Below, piece by piece: positions 8,723-18,466 of a stretch of DNA of 46,501 nucleotides (positions are counted from its first letter, which is position 1; each line of letters starts with the position of its first letter). Both the position numbers and the translations under genes were made by a program. A model generated the notes under the pieces. It searched no databases, was not told the origin of the DNA, and worked only from the letters and a program-made list of their open reading frames with translations. The stretch is from a virus. Lineage: Duplodnaviria; Caudoviricetes. The stretch lies in the IMG/VR virus record IMGVR_UViG_3300030397_000347, positions 1 through 46,501 of that record; one strand, 5' to 3'.

Positions 8723-11262
8723 TTCCAGCTAAATGGAACAACTACGACATCCACAATAATGATGGCACTGTCAGATACACACGGCACGCTGACGGATCAG
8801 TTATGCTGCCGTCATTTATCTTTCTAGCTACCGGCGAAGAGGTACTAGAAGCCTTTTATGACGTGATTGGTGTGGCAATGCCTGCACGCCCAATTGGTGT
8901 GCCATCAGATGCATTTGCAGGGCAAATAAACGTTCCATACCCACGCCTACAGGTTAACGAAAACGGATTCATTCAACTTGGCGATAGGGTGCGTACAAAA
9001 AACAACCGTGACAATCTGGTTGCATTACTTGAAAGTTACGCATCAGCTACAGCAAGTGCGACACGTGCCGATTCAACGCAGTGGAATGGTAAAATCTACC
9101 TACCTACCGGTCAAGAAATCAGCGACTACGTCTACGGATGGGCAGTAGGTGCAGGGCTACCAATTGCTGACACTGATGACCCTGGTAAAGTACCAAACGT
9201 TAAGGCTGAGCAGGAAGGAAAAACAACGTCGGCCAAAATCACATGGGATCATGCAGAAGATGCCGGAAAGGGTGTGGCAACCTACAAAGTTTATAGTGAC
9301 AGTTCACATCTAGGCGACATTGCAAGCCCGTCAGACGTGGCATCATTCGATCTGAGCGGCTACGGCACTTTCTTGATTGAAGTGGAAGCAGTTGATGTTG
9401 ACGGCAATGTTGGGCCGCGTGGTGCAACAAATGTAACGCTGACACAGCTGCAAAGCAGCGAACCACCTACACCATCTGGCGGCAACGGCGGCACAACGTA
9501 TTGGTACCAGCTGGAAACCACAGATGCACCTAGTGGGGCAACAGGGCCAAGTTTCCCACCATCAGAAATCTACCAATACGATAGCGTTGTAGAGAAGTGG
9601 AAAAGCATATTCAGGGTATGGTTCACCCCTAATGGCACATCGTGGTCAAAGCCTATGGAATTCACCGTAGGTGGTTCATTGATCACATCTAGCGGCAACA
9701 CTCATGCGGCGGTTGAATCTGGTGACATCCCGATACCGTACACCACGGCACAAAACCCACCAGCTGACCAGGATTCAGAAGAGGGTGACTTATTAGTTCA
9801 ATCGTTTGATAATGGTTTGGCATATAGTGTGCGAACCGGTGCAGCAACATGGACTGTGCAGTTTACGTGGGAACCAACCGCAGGTGGCATTATCAACAGT
9901 TTGGTCAGCCCATACGCAGACCCCAATACATGGGTAGGTACGGCAGGGTTGACCACCCACATGATTTCAAATGATGCCAATGGTGAAAATGAACTACTAG
10001 GCATCGTCGATGCAGCATTAACACCACACCCAAACGCAAGCAACCGATTTGAAGACGTGGTTGATAGTGTTGGTAGTGATCCGGAAGCACCCGAGCAATC
10101 AGAATTCTTAGTCTACTTTGCAGCAGAAGGCAGGCGATTGCCGTTGCCCGGTGATGTGCTTAGGTACACAAGCCCTACCGCTAAAGTGTTGACCTATGAC
10201 ATTGCATGGAACGGTGCCCTGATTGAATACAGACTACGCACAGCCACGGCTACAGGTGGCGGCATCGGTGACCGTGCAGTGCTAGATGTAACTGGTGTAG
10301 GGCATTCGCTGACAACACTTGATATCGGCAAACCCCTAAGCCATGAATCGAGTGGTGAAGTTTTCGACGATGTCACAGCTAGTGGCGATTGGGTCGGACT
10401 GGTCACTGATGTACCTGACACAGATCATATTGAGTATGCACCACCAGGCAGCGTTGTGCAGATACCGGAAGGGTTGCTTTATAGTGATCCTGGTACAGAA
10501 GCTGGTGCTGTGTTTGATGGTGAGGAAGACTTTCTTGACGTAACAACACCAGACCTGCAAGGGCCGTTTATCATCCGTGCACGGTTGAAAATAACCACAG
10601 GCAGCGCCACAGCCACTGAAGCCATTGTATCCAAGTACACAATTTCTGGCTCTAACAGATCGATTATGTTGGCACGTACTGTAGATGATGAAATCCGATT
10701 CATTGTCTCAGATGACGGCACATCAGGTGGCAACCTAGTTATCACTACGTCCGCAATAACACCTGATCAGTGGTACGACATCAGAGCCGAATACACACCT
10801 TCAACACATGTACGCATCTATCTAGATGATGTGCTGGCAGTTGAAGAAACATCAGGCGTGCATGCCTCACTACACAATAACGCAACCATACCTTTGCGAG
10901 TTGGCGTTTATAGTCATTCATCCGGTCTAGGTAGCCGTGTTTTTCATGGTGAAATAGCATCAGTAGAAATTGACGGCAACGTTAAATATGACTTTACACG
11001 TAAACACGGCACCACAGTGCCGGATGAATCGGGCAATGGTTATGACCTAACGTATCAGGGTAGTGATGTTGAAGCCTTTTGGGCAAACGTTGATTGGGAT
11101 TTGGCAACAGAGCTAGATGGTAGGTACGCCTATTGGGATGATTCCCTAGGCGGATATGTCGGTCAGATACCTGTTGATTCATCAACTTACGCCACACAAG
11201 TGATCTACATCAATTCAATCGAAAACAATTTAGCTAGTGTCACAGTTTTGGATGGTGAATAA
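8719..11262 (+). CDS. Large virion fibre/adhesin with FN3-like and LamG/ConA-like domains
   Basis: FN3-like ITWDHAED..VATYKVY..EVEAVDVDGN; LamG-like FDGEEDFL..IVSKY..QWY..RIYLD..FHGEI..DESGNG. Confidence 0.7.
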   Translation: MIPAKWNNYDIHNNDGTVRYTRHADGSVMLPSFIFLATGEEVLEAFYDVIGVAMPARPIGVPSDAFAGQINVPYPRLQVNENGFIQLGDRVRTKNNRDNLVALLESYASATASATRADSTQWNGKIYLPTGQEISDYVYGWAVGAGLPIADTDDPGKVPNVKAEQEGKTTSAKITWDHAEDAGKGVATYKVYSDSSHLGDIASPSDVASFDLSGYGTFLIEVEAVDVDGNVGPRGATNVTLTQLQSSEPPTPSGGNGGTTYWYQLETTDAPSGATGPSFPPSEIYQYDSVVEKWKSIFRVWFTPNGTSWSKPMEFTVGGSLITSSGNTHAAVESGDIPIPYTTAQNPPADQDSEEGDLLVQSFDNGLAYSVRTGAATWTVQFTWEPTAGGIINSLVSPYADPNTWVGTAGLTTHMISNDANGENELLGIVDAALTPHPNASNRFEDVVDSVGSDPEAPEQSEFLVYFAAEGRRLPLPGDVLRYTSPTAKVLTYDIAWNGALIEYRLRTATATGGGIGDRAVLDVTGVGHSLTTLDIGKPLSHESSGEVFDDVTASGDWVGLVTDVPDTDHIEYAPPGSVVQIPEGLLYSDPGTEAGAVFDGEEDFLDVTTPDLQGPFIIRARLKITTGSATATEAIVSKYTISGSNRSIMLARTVDDEIRFIVSDDGTSGGNLVITTSAITPDQWYDIRAEYTPSTHVRIYLDDVLAVEETSGVHASLHNNATIPLRVGVYSHSSGLGSRVFHGEIASVEIDGNVKYDFTRKHGTTVPDESGNGYDLTYQGSDVEAFWANVDWDLATELDGRYAYWDDSLGGYVGQIPVDSSTYATQVIYINSIENNLASVTVLDGE

Positions 11263-13209
11263 ATGACTTTGATCAGACGTAACAGCCGAAACAACGTCTA
11301 TAAGTTTCACGGAACCGGTGACGCAAGTGCTGATGACTTGCAAATGTCAACGCTAGAAGCTGTCATTGAAGCTTCTAACAAACCCGCCCATATCATTGTC
11401 ACAGGTGATGTGCACCTGACATCAGGACACCTGATCAACATGACAAAAGGTGGCGGCATTAAGTTTGAAGAGGGTGGAATGTTTACATTCCATCGCGGCA
11501 GCTATTGGGGTATCGGTGTTGATTTCTCATCTGACATGCTGACAGGTAGCACTGTTAGCATTCCTGCAACTGCGGCAGGGCAAGCGTGGGTCGAATCAGC
11601 ATCAAACCTTGAAATAGGTCAGTACATTCAAGTAGGTGCTGACAATGAATACACAGGGGATTATGCACGGCATGGAGCATCAACAGAATCACGCCCAATG
11701 AACTTGCGGCGTGTTATCCGGCAAATCAACAGCAATCAGTATGAGTTGAACAAACCCATACGTGATGCACTGACAACAAACCCACGTTACGCCGTGATTG
11801 ACATGATACCGCAAGCTTACGTTGACGGTATGTGTTGGACGTTTGCCCCTAACTACACACAGGGTGCTGACCCGGTGATGTTATCCGACAACTATCAGGG
11901 CAGTATCAACAGCGGTGACGTGCCTACGCTTGAAGCTACTTTTCCCGGCAGCACCACAGACGATTGGGCAAGCATTGAAACAGGTGGCAGTGCAGGGCAC
12001 TACCGATGGGACGGGGCCAACTATCAGAAAGTTTCTGATGTGCCTGATTCAACATCGGTTAGCTTTGACAAGGTCAATAATCTGCGGTTTGAAAACGGCT
12101 ATGCGATTAACCCCGTACCAGGTGCAGTTAGAATCAGGCACTGCAACGATTTTGTGATTCGCGGTTTGAACCACGAACAAAAACATGAGTCATTCAGTGC
12201 AGTTGAACATGCCGGGGCAGGCTACGGAATCCTAGTAGTTGCTTCGGAAGGTGGCAAGCTGAATGGAAACAAGTTTGACACGTGCAGGCACTGTATTGAT
12301 ACAGGTGCAGTGTCAAGTGGTGGTCATAGGTATGGTAATGTCCAATTCAGTGCAGCTGACAACGATGTATATTGCGTAGGCGGCAGTATTAGTGCTGTGC
12401 CGTTTAGCTGCCACAGTGAAGGTGAAGACATTACCTACACGCACAACCGTTTTCATTTCAGTGGCGGCACTGCCAACAACACCAACAACCATGCCTGTTT
12501 TATTCGTGCACGTGATACTGTGTTCTCACACAATAAGCTGTTTGGCCCAGGTGGCAGCAACTATAGCACACGCGGTGTGCTGTGTAATGCACCTGGTGTT
12601 AAAGTCAGCCATAACCTGTTTGAAGGGTTAGGAAACGGTATTATTCTAGAAGCTGCACCTGGCGGCAGTGGGCCGCTAAATGTACAAGCACTACATAACA
12701 CGTTCTATGACATCAACGCATCAGCTTTAATCGCAGATGCAGGCACAGGTGAGTTTTCCCACAACACCTGTATTGACTGTGCATCTAACCGTGCCGGTAC
12801 GCTGCTTGAAGAGTCACCAGGGAACGGCGGCAGCGGTAAAAAATCAGTCTTCACTTTGAAAACTGGTGCAGGCACTGAATGGATTGCTAACCAAAACACA
12901 ATTCCGCGTAGGTCTAATGATTACGCTTTTGACTTTGGACCGATCACACCTAGCGGGATTACAAACATGCAGCAGAACACGCTGACAGGTTACGGGGTGG
13001 ATCAACCAACACATGACCACTTTACAGCTGATTCATCTAACGTAACTATTTGGCGTCAAGCCTTTGAGCAGTCGAACTGGACAGATAAGTTTTTCGATGA
13101 CTTCGTTGCTGCCATACCTTCTAACCCTGCAACTGCCGGTGCTATTCTGATGGAAGATGGCACGCCAATGCAAATGGAAGATGGCACATCAATGCTAAAG
13201 GAAAGTTAA
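11263..13209 (+). CDS. Right-handed beta-helix (pectin-lyase-like) spike/depolymerase
   Basis: Repeating N-rich strands (SHNKLFG, SHNLFEG, LHNTFYD, SHNTCID), GYGILV, CRHCID; C-terminal MEDGT repeat. Confidence 0.7.
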   Translation: MTLIRRNSRNNVYKFHGTGDASADDLQMSTLEAVIEASNKPAHIIVTGDVHLTSGHLINMTKGGGIKFEEGGMFTFHRGSYWGIGVDFSSDMLTGSTVSIPATAAGQAWVESASNLEIGQYIQVGADNEYTGDYARHGASTESRPMNLRRVIRQINSNQYELNKPIRDALTTNPRYAVIDMIPQAYVDGMCWTFAPNYTQGADPVMLSDNYQGSINSGDVPTLEATFPGSTTDDWASIETGGSAGHYRWDGANYQKVSDVPDSTSVSFDKVNNLRFENGYAINPVPGAVRIRHCNDFVIRGLNHEQKHESFSAVEHAGAGYGILVVASEGGKLNGNKFDTCRHCIDTGAVSSGGHRYGNVQFSAADNDVYCVGGSISAVPFSCHSEGEDITYTHNRFHFSGGTANNTNNHACFIRARDTVFSHNKLFGPGGSNYSTRGVLCNAPGVKVSHNLFEGLGNGIILEAAPGGSGPLNVQALHNTFYDINASALIADAGTGEFSHNTCIDCASNRAGTLLEESPGNGGSGKKSVFTLKTGAGTEWIANQNTIPRRSNDYAFDFGPITPSGITNMQQNTLTGYGVDQPTHDHFTADSSNVTIWRQAFEQSNWTDKFFDDFVAAIPSNPATAGAILMEDGTPMQMEDGTSMLKES

Positions 13210-13211
13210 CC

Positions 13212-13610
13212 ATGACCAAAGTTTCTGAAATGACCCCCTTTGCTGATGGTGCTGACCCAACGGGTTTGTATATTCCGTTAGTGGATGAAAACGGCACGCC
13301 AACCAACTATAAAATTTCGTTACGTACGCTACAGGATGCGTTAGCAGACCGTCATGACATGGGCACAGTTGGTGGTGCAGTCAACATTGATTTTTCTGCT
13401 AGTCGAAGTGGTAACAAGCGAATCGAATTGAATGACGATACCACATTCACTTTCAGTAATGGTGCCTTAGACAGCGTTTACATTGTGTCGATCAAGACTA
13501 ATGGGCACAACATAACTTGGCCTGCTAATGTGTCATTCTTCGACGGCACCCCGACATTTCCTGACGACAACGTGTTTCGGCCTGTGATGCTGTACTACCA
13601 GGGTGCGTAA
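13212..13610 (+). CDS. Small fibre-associated adaptor protein
   Basis: N-terminal KVSEM...IPLVD....YKISL motif; C-terminal TFTFSN..ITWPANV domain of the type seen in fibre proteins. Confidence 0.6.
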   Translation: MTKVSEMTPFADGADPTGLYIPLVDENGTPTNYKISLRTLQDALADRHDMGTVGGAVNIDFSASRSGNKRIELNDDTTFTFSNGALDSVYIVSIKTNGHNITWPANVSFFDGTPTFPDDNVFRPVMLYYQGA

Positions 13611-13637
13611 CCTAACTAAAATTTCAAGGGTGATATT

Positions 13638-16355
13638 GTGACCACGTTATTCAAAGATACTTTCACAGGTGCAGACGCCTCTTTAGACGGGCGTACACCT
13701 GAAAAGGAATTTGTAGATGGTACGCCAACTTGGACATCACGCGGGCTGAGTAGTCCTGGTATGTCGATTGTTTCTAACAGAATCGAAGTTGATAGCGTAA
13801 GCGGCAACCGATCACAATACACCCTTGAATCTGGTACGGCAGATGGGCACATCAGCTGTACAGTACAAACTTCTGCCACATCATCCGAACGTGCAGGGCT
13901 GTGCTTTAGGCAGGTTGATGGGAACAACAACCTACAAGCACGGCTACACTACAACGGTTCAAATAACATCCTAGTAGTGCAAAAGGTTGAAGCCGGTGGG
14001 TTTACTGCCATAGCATCAGGCATCACTACGGCAGGTGATGACAACACACCGTGTGAATTGAAAGTTGTGCTGTCAGGCAATGACATCACTGTTTATGTTG
14101 ACGACGTTGAAGAGTGGAGTGGAACCGAAGCCACGTTCAACACTGCAACTAAGCACGGCATATACATTGAAAATGCCACATCAGCTGTTTACGTCGATGA
14201 CTTTTTAATGACTGATGACGGGGTTGAACAAGACCCACCCAGCGTGTTCAACGATGAATGGGTTGGTCAAATGGCGGTTGGCGTTATCGATGCTGTCACA
14301 GGCGGTGGTAACCCTGGTGGCGGCATCACAGTGCCTGAATCCAATGCATATAAAATTGGGTTCAACATGAACGATGAACGGTATTTTCAATCAGGCAACG
14401 CTTACAAGAACATTGCAAAGTTTCCCACGTTCTATCAGCCGATCGGTGGTGCAGCAACATTCGGTGCCGATGGCTATCCTGACAGCGGTGCAACTTCGAT
14501 CAGAATCAACACATGGGGTGACCAAAAGTTACCCGCTGGCACCTATGAGATTTCACACAGCGGCAGTGGTGACCGTGATGGCGATACCTTTGTAATTGCT
14601 GCTGATCAGGTTTTTGTCATTCTCAACTTCAATGGCGAAATTGGCCCTGACCTAGATATCAGACTGCAAGGCACCACAGACACACCCCACGAATACACAG
14701 CTACCTTTGCCGATCGTGCACGCAAGGCAAGCTGTATCCGGTTCATGGATATGCTTCGGATCAATGTAGGAGTATTCGACAGTGCAGCACCTACAGTGCG
14801 TCAAGAAACTGGTGCCAATAATGAATTCACGCATCACGTGATTTCTGCCGATGAAATCGGGGACATGGCCCTTGAATTCCGATTTGACCCGTGGGTGTGT
14901 GTTCATCATTTGATGACAGATGCCGACATTACTACTTTCGCAGCAGCGTTAGCGGCAAAGCTGAGCGGAACAGGAATCAAAGTTTACTGCGAGTATTCCA
15001 ATGAAGCGTGGAACGGTCAGTTTCCAGTTACGCAGTACATTGACAACTTGGTTGGCAACACTAATGGTCAGAACAATGGTGGGCGTAGTGGATTCTACGC
15101 CGATCGTGCAGACCGTGTTGCAGAACTGTTCAAAGCAGAATTTGCACCAGGTGAAGTAGTCGGTGTTCTAGCTTCACAACTGCCCGGTACAGGTTTATTA
15201 AACGGAATGTATAGCAACGCAACCCGTGACATGACGTTTGTTGACGTTGCAGCTGTTGCAAGCTACATGGGTGGGCGTTGGTCCAGACTGAATGAATCCA
15301 CAATCGGATCGATGACCTTAGACGAAATCGACGCAGCAGTCAGAGATAATTTTGAAAATGAAGTCAAACAACAATTGCTCACATGGGATGCAAACGCTAA
15401 AGCCCGTGGGCTTGACGGAGTGATTACTTACGAAGGTGGCACCCACCTTGAAACAATCAGCCCTAACACATATGAAACTGCACAGAACAAGCTTTATGAG
15501 TACAACAACAGTGCCCTAGCTGGTGTGTTGTACGATGATTGGCTTGATTGGTATCAGAATGCAATCGGTAGCCTGAATGTGATCTACATGGATGTCAGCA
15601 CAGGTGGTGGTAAAGCGTGGGGGCACCGTGAGTATGAACTGAGCCCCACCACACCGCGTTGGGATGCAATTATAAACCGCATGGGTAACTTCCCGCCAAC
15701 GGAACGATGGTTAACCTTTGACGGCACTGATGATGTTGTTGACCTTGGCGGTGCAACTGAATTTCAATTCAGCGATGGTGCATCAGCAGATGAACCGTTT
15801 AGTGTTGCTGCTTGGATTCGCCCAACTGACGCAACACTATTCCGCATTGCCTGCAAGGAAGATACCACTGATTGGGAATGGTTACTGTCACTAGACAGCA
15901 GTGACAAGTTAACTCTCACACTGTATGGTGGTGGTGGTACAAGTGTGCGGCTAGGGAAACTTTCAGCAGCACTGACTGCACGCGAAAACACATGGATACA
16001 TGTGGCAGCTACCTATGATGGTAGTGGTTTGATTGGCGGCATCAATATCTATGTAGACGGTGCCTTAGATAATGACTCGACAGATGAAGCAGGGTCATAC
16101 ACATACATGGACAACACCACAGCACTACTTCGAATGGGTGCAGATACAACAGATTTTGCCGATGGCGATATCGGCGAATTGATGGTATTTAACCAAGAAC
16201 TAACAGCGGCACAGGTGGGTCAAGTCTATAGTGATGCAGTAGGTAGACCCACGCCCTATGCCCACTGGAAAAACCAGAAAGGGGAAGGCACAACGGTTAC
16301 AGACTTGCAAGGTAACCATGACGGTACGATCAGTGGTGCTACTTGGAATGGATAA
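13638..16355 (+). CDS. Modular glycoside-hydrolase-like virion protein (lectin-like, TIM-barrel-like, LamG)
   Basis: IRFMD, PWVCV, YCEYSNEAWN and YEGG motifs (candidate catalytic Glu pair) flanked by beta-sandwich domains. Confidence 0.7.
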   Translation: MTTLFKDTFTGADASLDGRTPEKEFVDGTPTWTSRGLSSPGMSIVSNRIEVDSVSGNRSQYTLESGTADGHISCTVQTSATSSERAGLCFRQVDGNNNLQARLHYNGSNNILVVQKVEAGGFTAIASGITTAGDDNTPCELKVVLSGNDITVYVDDVEEWSGTEATFNTATKHGIYIENATSAVYVDDFLMTDDGVEQDPPSVFNDEWVGQMAVGVIDAVTGGGNPGGGITVPESNAYKIGFNMNDERYFQSGNAYKNIAKFPTFYQPIGGAATFGADGYPDSGATSIRINTWGDQKLPAGTYEISHSGSGDRDGDTFVIAADQVFVILNFNGEIGPDLDIRLQGTTDTPHEYTATFADRARKASCIRFMDMLRINVGVFDSAAPTVRQETGANNEFTHHVISADEIGDMALEFRFDPWVCVHHLMTDADITTFAAALAAKLSGTGIKVYCEYSNEAWNGQFPVTQYIDNLVGNTNGQNNGGRSGFYADRADRVAELFKAEFAPGEVVGVLASQLPGTGLLNGMYSNATRDMTFVDVAAVASYMGGRWSRLNESTIGSMTLDEIDAAVRDNFENEVKQQLLTWDANAKARGLDGVITYEGGTHLETISPNTYETAQNKLYEYNNSALAGVLYDDWLDWYQNAIGSLNVIYMDVSTGGGKAWGHREYELSPTTPRWDAIINRMGNFPPTERWLTFDGTDDVVDLGGATEFQFSDGASADEPFSVAAWIRPTDATLFRIACKEDTTDWEWLLSLDSSDKLTLTLYGGGGTSVRLGKLSAALTARENTWIHVAATYDGSGLIGGINIYVDGALDNDSTDEAGSYTYMDNTTALLRMGADTTDFADGDIGELMVFNQELTAAQVGQVYSDAVGRPTPYAHWKNQKGEGTTVTDLQGNHDGTISGATWNG

Positions 16356-16398
16356 AAAAATGCCCCCTGGTAAATGGTTGCCAGACCACCAGGGGGCA
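16354..16398 (-). terminator. Hairpin with U-tract on the minus strand
   Basis: TGCCCCCTGGT...ACCAGGGGGCA preceded by A7 on the + strand. Confidence 0.55.
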
Positions 16399-16440
16399 AA
16401 AACATCCTCTTACATTGTTAGTCGAAATTAAGGATCAAAA

Positions 16441-16809
16441 GTGGACATCGACTATCACATTTACATGAACGCAAGCACAGTGATTCTAGGTGCATGCGGT
16501 TTTCTGTACACACTATACGCCTCTTATCAGGCATCAAAACTATGTGGTACAGGAAAAGCTTTTTCGTTAATGTGCTTAGCCAACGCAGCTGCATTACTCG
16601 CGACAACAGGTTTTGCATACGCTACTTTCAGGGATGATTTTGATTTTGTAGGGGCTTTTGCAAACGCAAAACGATTGTTGCAATTCAGTTCAATCACATT
16701 CTGCACATGGTTGGTGCTGAGAAGAATTGAACGGAATGAGCGGCTAACGACTGAGGCTTATGCGAAAATAGAGGGTGTTTTAAATGAGCAGCAACGGGAG
16801 TCGTTTTGA
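16441..16809 (+). CDS. Membrane protein, about 3 TM helices (holin-like position)
   Basis: Three hydrophobic segments and a charged C-terminus; first gene after the fibre cluster. Confidence 0.6.
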   Translation: MDIDYHIYMNASTVILGACGFLYTLYASYQASKLCGTGKAFSLMCLANAAALLATTGFAYATFRDDFDFVGAFANAKRLLQFSSITFCTWLVLRRIERNERLTTEAYAKIEGVLNEQQRESF

Positions 16810-17437
16810 ATGGGTTGCAGGATGGAAAACGATAGGCGTTGCAGAAATCGGACTAGATGGAAAAATCAAAAGGGCTAGCAGGACTTTTGCCCAGATCCTT
16901 GGATATGATGTGATCAATTTGGTGGGCATGTCGATAGAAGAATTAATACCAAAAGAGGACCGACACCTAGCGAAAAGACGCATAGATGCATTGCAAAACG
17001 GAGAAGTAGAAGAAACAATCGCTAACCATCGATACGTTACAGCAAGCGGTGAAGAAACTTGGTGCTCAATTGAAAAAAAAATAATCAATGAAAAAGGCGA
17101 GGATGCTGTAATTCATGCACTAGTGTTTCCTTTAGATAAAAACGCACACCGTGTTGAAAGACTAGAACAGACACTACAGGAAGTGCTGAAAATTGCAGGT
17201 GATTTGAGAGGCCAAACCGGAGGTACAACTGTGAATGTGAATTCAGATAACGACCACATAGGCGGGGATCAGATCACAAGTGGGGGGCAGAAAAATAATA
17301 CAACGAATAATCAAGCATGGCTGATTGCGGTCGTTGTTTTGGCAATGGCAGCTGTTGTGCTTGGGGTAGCAGGTGTGGGGATACAAAGCGGTTGGTTTTC
17401 AACACACCCCACACCGTCAACACCAACACCACCTTGA
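16784..17437 (+). CDS. PAS-domain protein with C-terminal TM helix
   Basis: IGVAEIGLDGKIKRASRTFAQILGY....LVGMSIEELIPKEDR...RYVTASGEETW matches the PAS S-box pattern; TM WLIAVVVLAMAAVVLGVAGV. Confidence 0.85.
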   Translation: MSSNGSRFEWVAGWKTIGVAEIGLDGKIKRASRTFAQILGYDVINLVGMSIEELIPKEDRHLAKRRIDALQNGEVEETIANHRYVTASGEETWCSIEKKIINEKGEDAVIHALVFPLDKNAHRVERLEQTLQEVLKIAGDLRGQTGGTTVNVNSDNDHIGGDQITSGGQKNNTTNNQAWLIAVVVLAMAAVVLGVAGVGIQSGWFSTHPTPSTPTPP

Positions 17438-17451
17438 AAGGGCAATTGATC

Positions 17452-17808
17452 ATGGTCAAAGTGAATGACGTTTTTTCCCATTCGTCTCCCGTTGAATGCA
17501 TCAACCGGCTACTTGAGTTACTCCGTAACGGTCAGCTGACAGATGAATTTGCACGTGACCCTGTAGGCATGATTCACTGCATTGCAACAATCATTGCAGC
17601 TGGTGCGGAGTGGTTGAAGGGTGACAACAATGAACCGGAAGTGTTTGCATCATCAGGATTTGAACAAGGCTGCAAGGAACTGTGCACTGAACTAGGCGGG
17701 GTGCCCGCTGGTGCTGGGCGTGGCATTCTGCTGCAACTGTTGCTGCCGATCGTCATGAAGAAACTACAGGAAATGCTAGATGAATGGTTGTCCAACCGTG
17801 ATACGTAG
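17452..17808 (+). CDS. Hypothetical protein with amphipathic C-terminal helix
   Basis: Start MVKVND after GAAAGG; GILLQLLLPIVMKKL. Confidence 0.65.
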   Translation: MVKVNDVFSHSSPVECINRLLELLRNGQLTDEFARDPVGMIHCIATIIAAGAEWLKGDNNEPEVFASSGFEQGCKELCTELGGVPAGAGRGILLQLLLPIVMKKLQEMLDEWLSNRDT

Positions 17809-18466
17809 CCTAACCTTTTTTCTGCTTACGACAACAGTCTGTGTGGGGCAGACTGTTGTACAGGAAACAAAAGAACTGACCCCCAACAACTTAGACTTTC
17901 CAGTAGAGTTGAAAGTCGAAGCCACTGAAGGCAAGTCAGTTATTTGGCGGGCTAGTATCCCGCGTGACCTGCGTTTTAGAGTTTATGAAAACGGACGTGC
18001 AGTAGTTTTCAACGCACAACAAAAGCAGAAAACTATTGAGATAGAAAGTCAGTGCCTTGATTGGGAATCAAAGGAATGGGTTGTTACAACATGGATCGTG
18101 CACCTAGGCGAACAACCCAAACCTGATGATGATGATGATGATGAACCATCACCACAACCCGATACGATACCTGAAGACGAGTTTGACAACATTGGGCGAC
18201 GGGTTGCCCAGTGGGCACAAGGGTTGAAACACAACGATAAAGCAGCTGAGATCTATAACGCAGTTGCTCAAATGTTGTTGCAACCAGAAGCGACGATTGA
18301 CCAAACAACAGCAGTGTTAATCAAACGTTTAGAGGAATTACCGTACGACTCTTATAAACCTGTTTGGGACCAGTTGAACGCAGATCTAGCAACACGTTTT
18401 GACAACATCCCACGCGAAACTTTGAGTAGGTACTATGTTGCAGTTGCAAAGGGGTTTAAACCATGA
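17798..18466 (+). CDS. Secreted two-domain protein with Pro/Asp linker
   Basis: Signal-peptide-like VIRSLTFFLLTTTVCVG; PKPDDDDDDEPSPQPD linker. Confidence 0.65.
   Translation: MIRSLTFFLLTTTVCVGQTVVQETKELTPNNLDFPVELKVEATEGKSVIWRASIPRDLRFRVYENGRAVVFNAQQKQKTIEIESQCLDWESKEWVVTTWIVHLGEQPKPDDDDDDEPSPQPDTIPEDEFDNIGRRVAQWAQGLKHNDKAAEIYNAVAQMLLQPEATIDQTTAVLIKRLEELPYDSYKPVWDQLNADLATRFDNIPRETLSRYYVAVAKGFKP

Noticed and set aside
18124-18144. GAT microsatellite as a phase-variation tract
   Set aside because: In-frame poly-Asp linker; unit changes would not shift the frame
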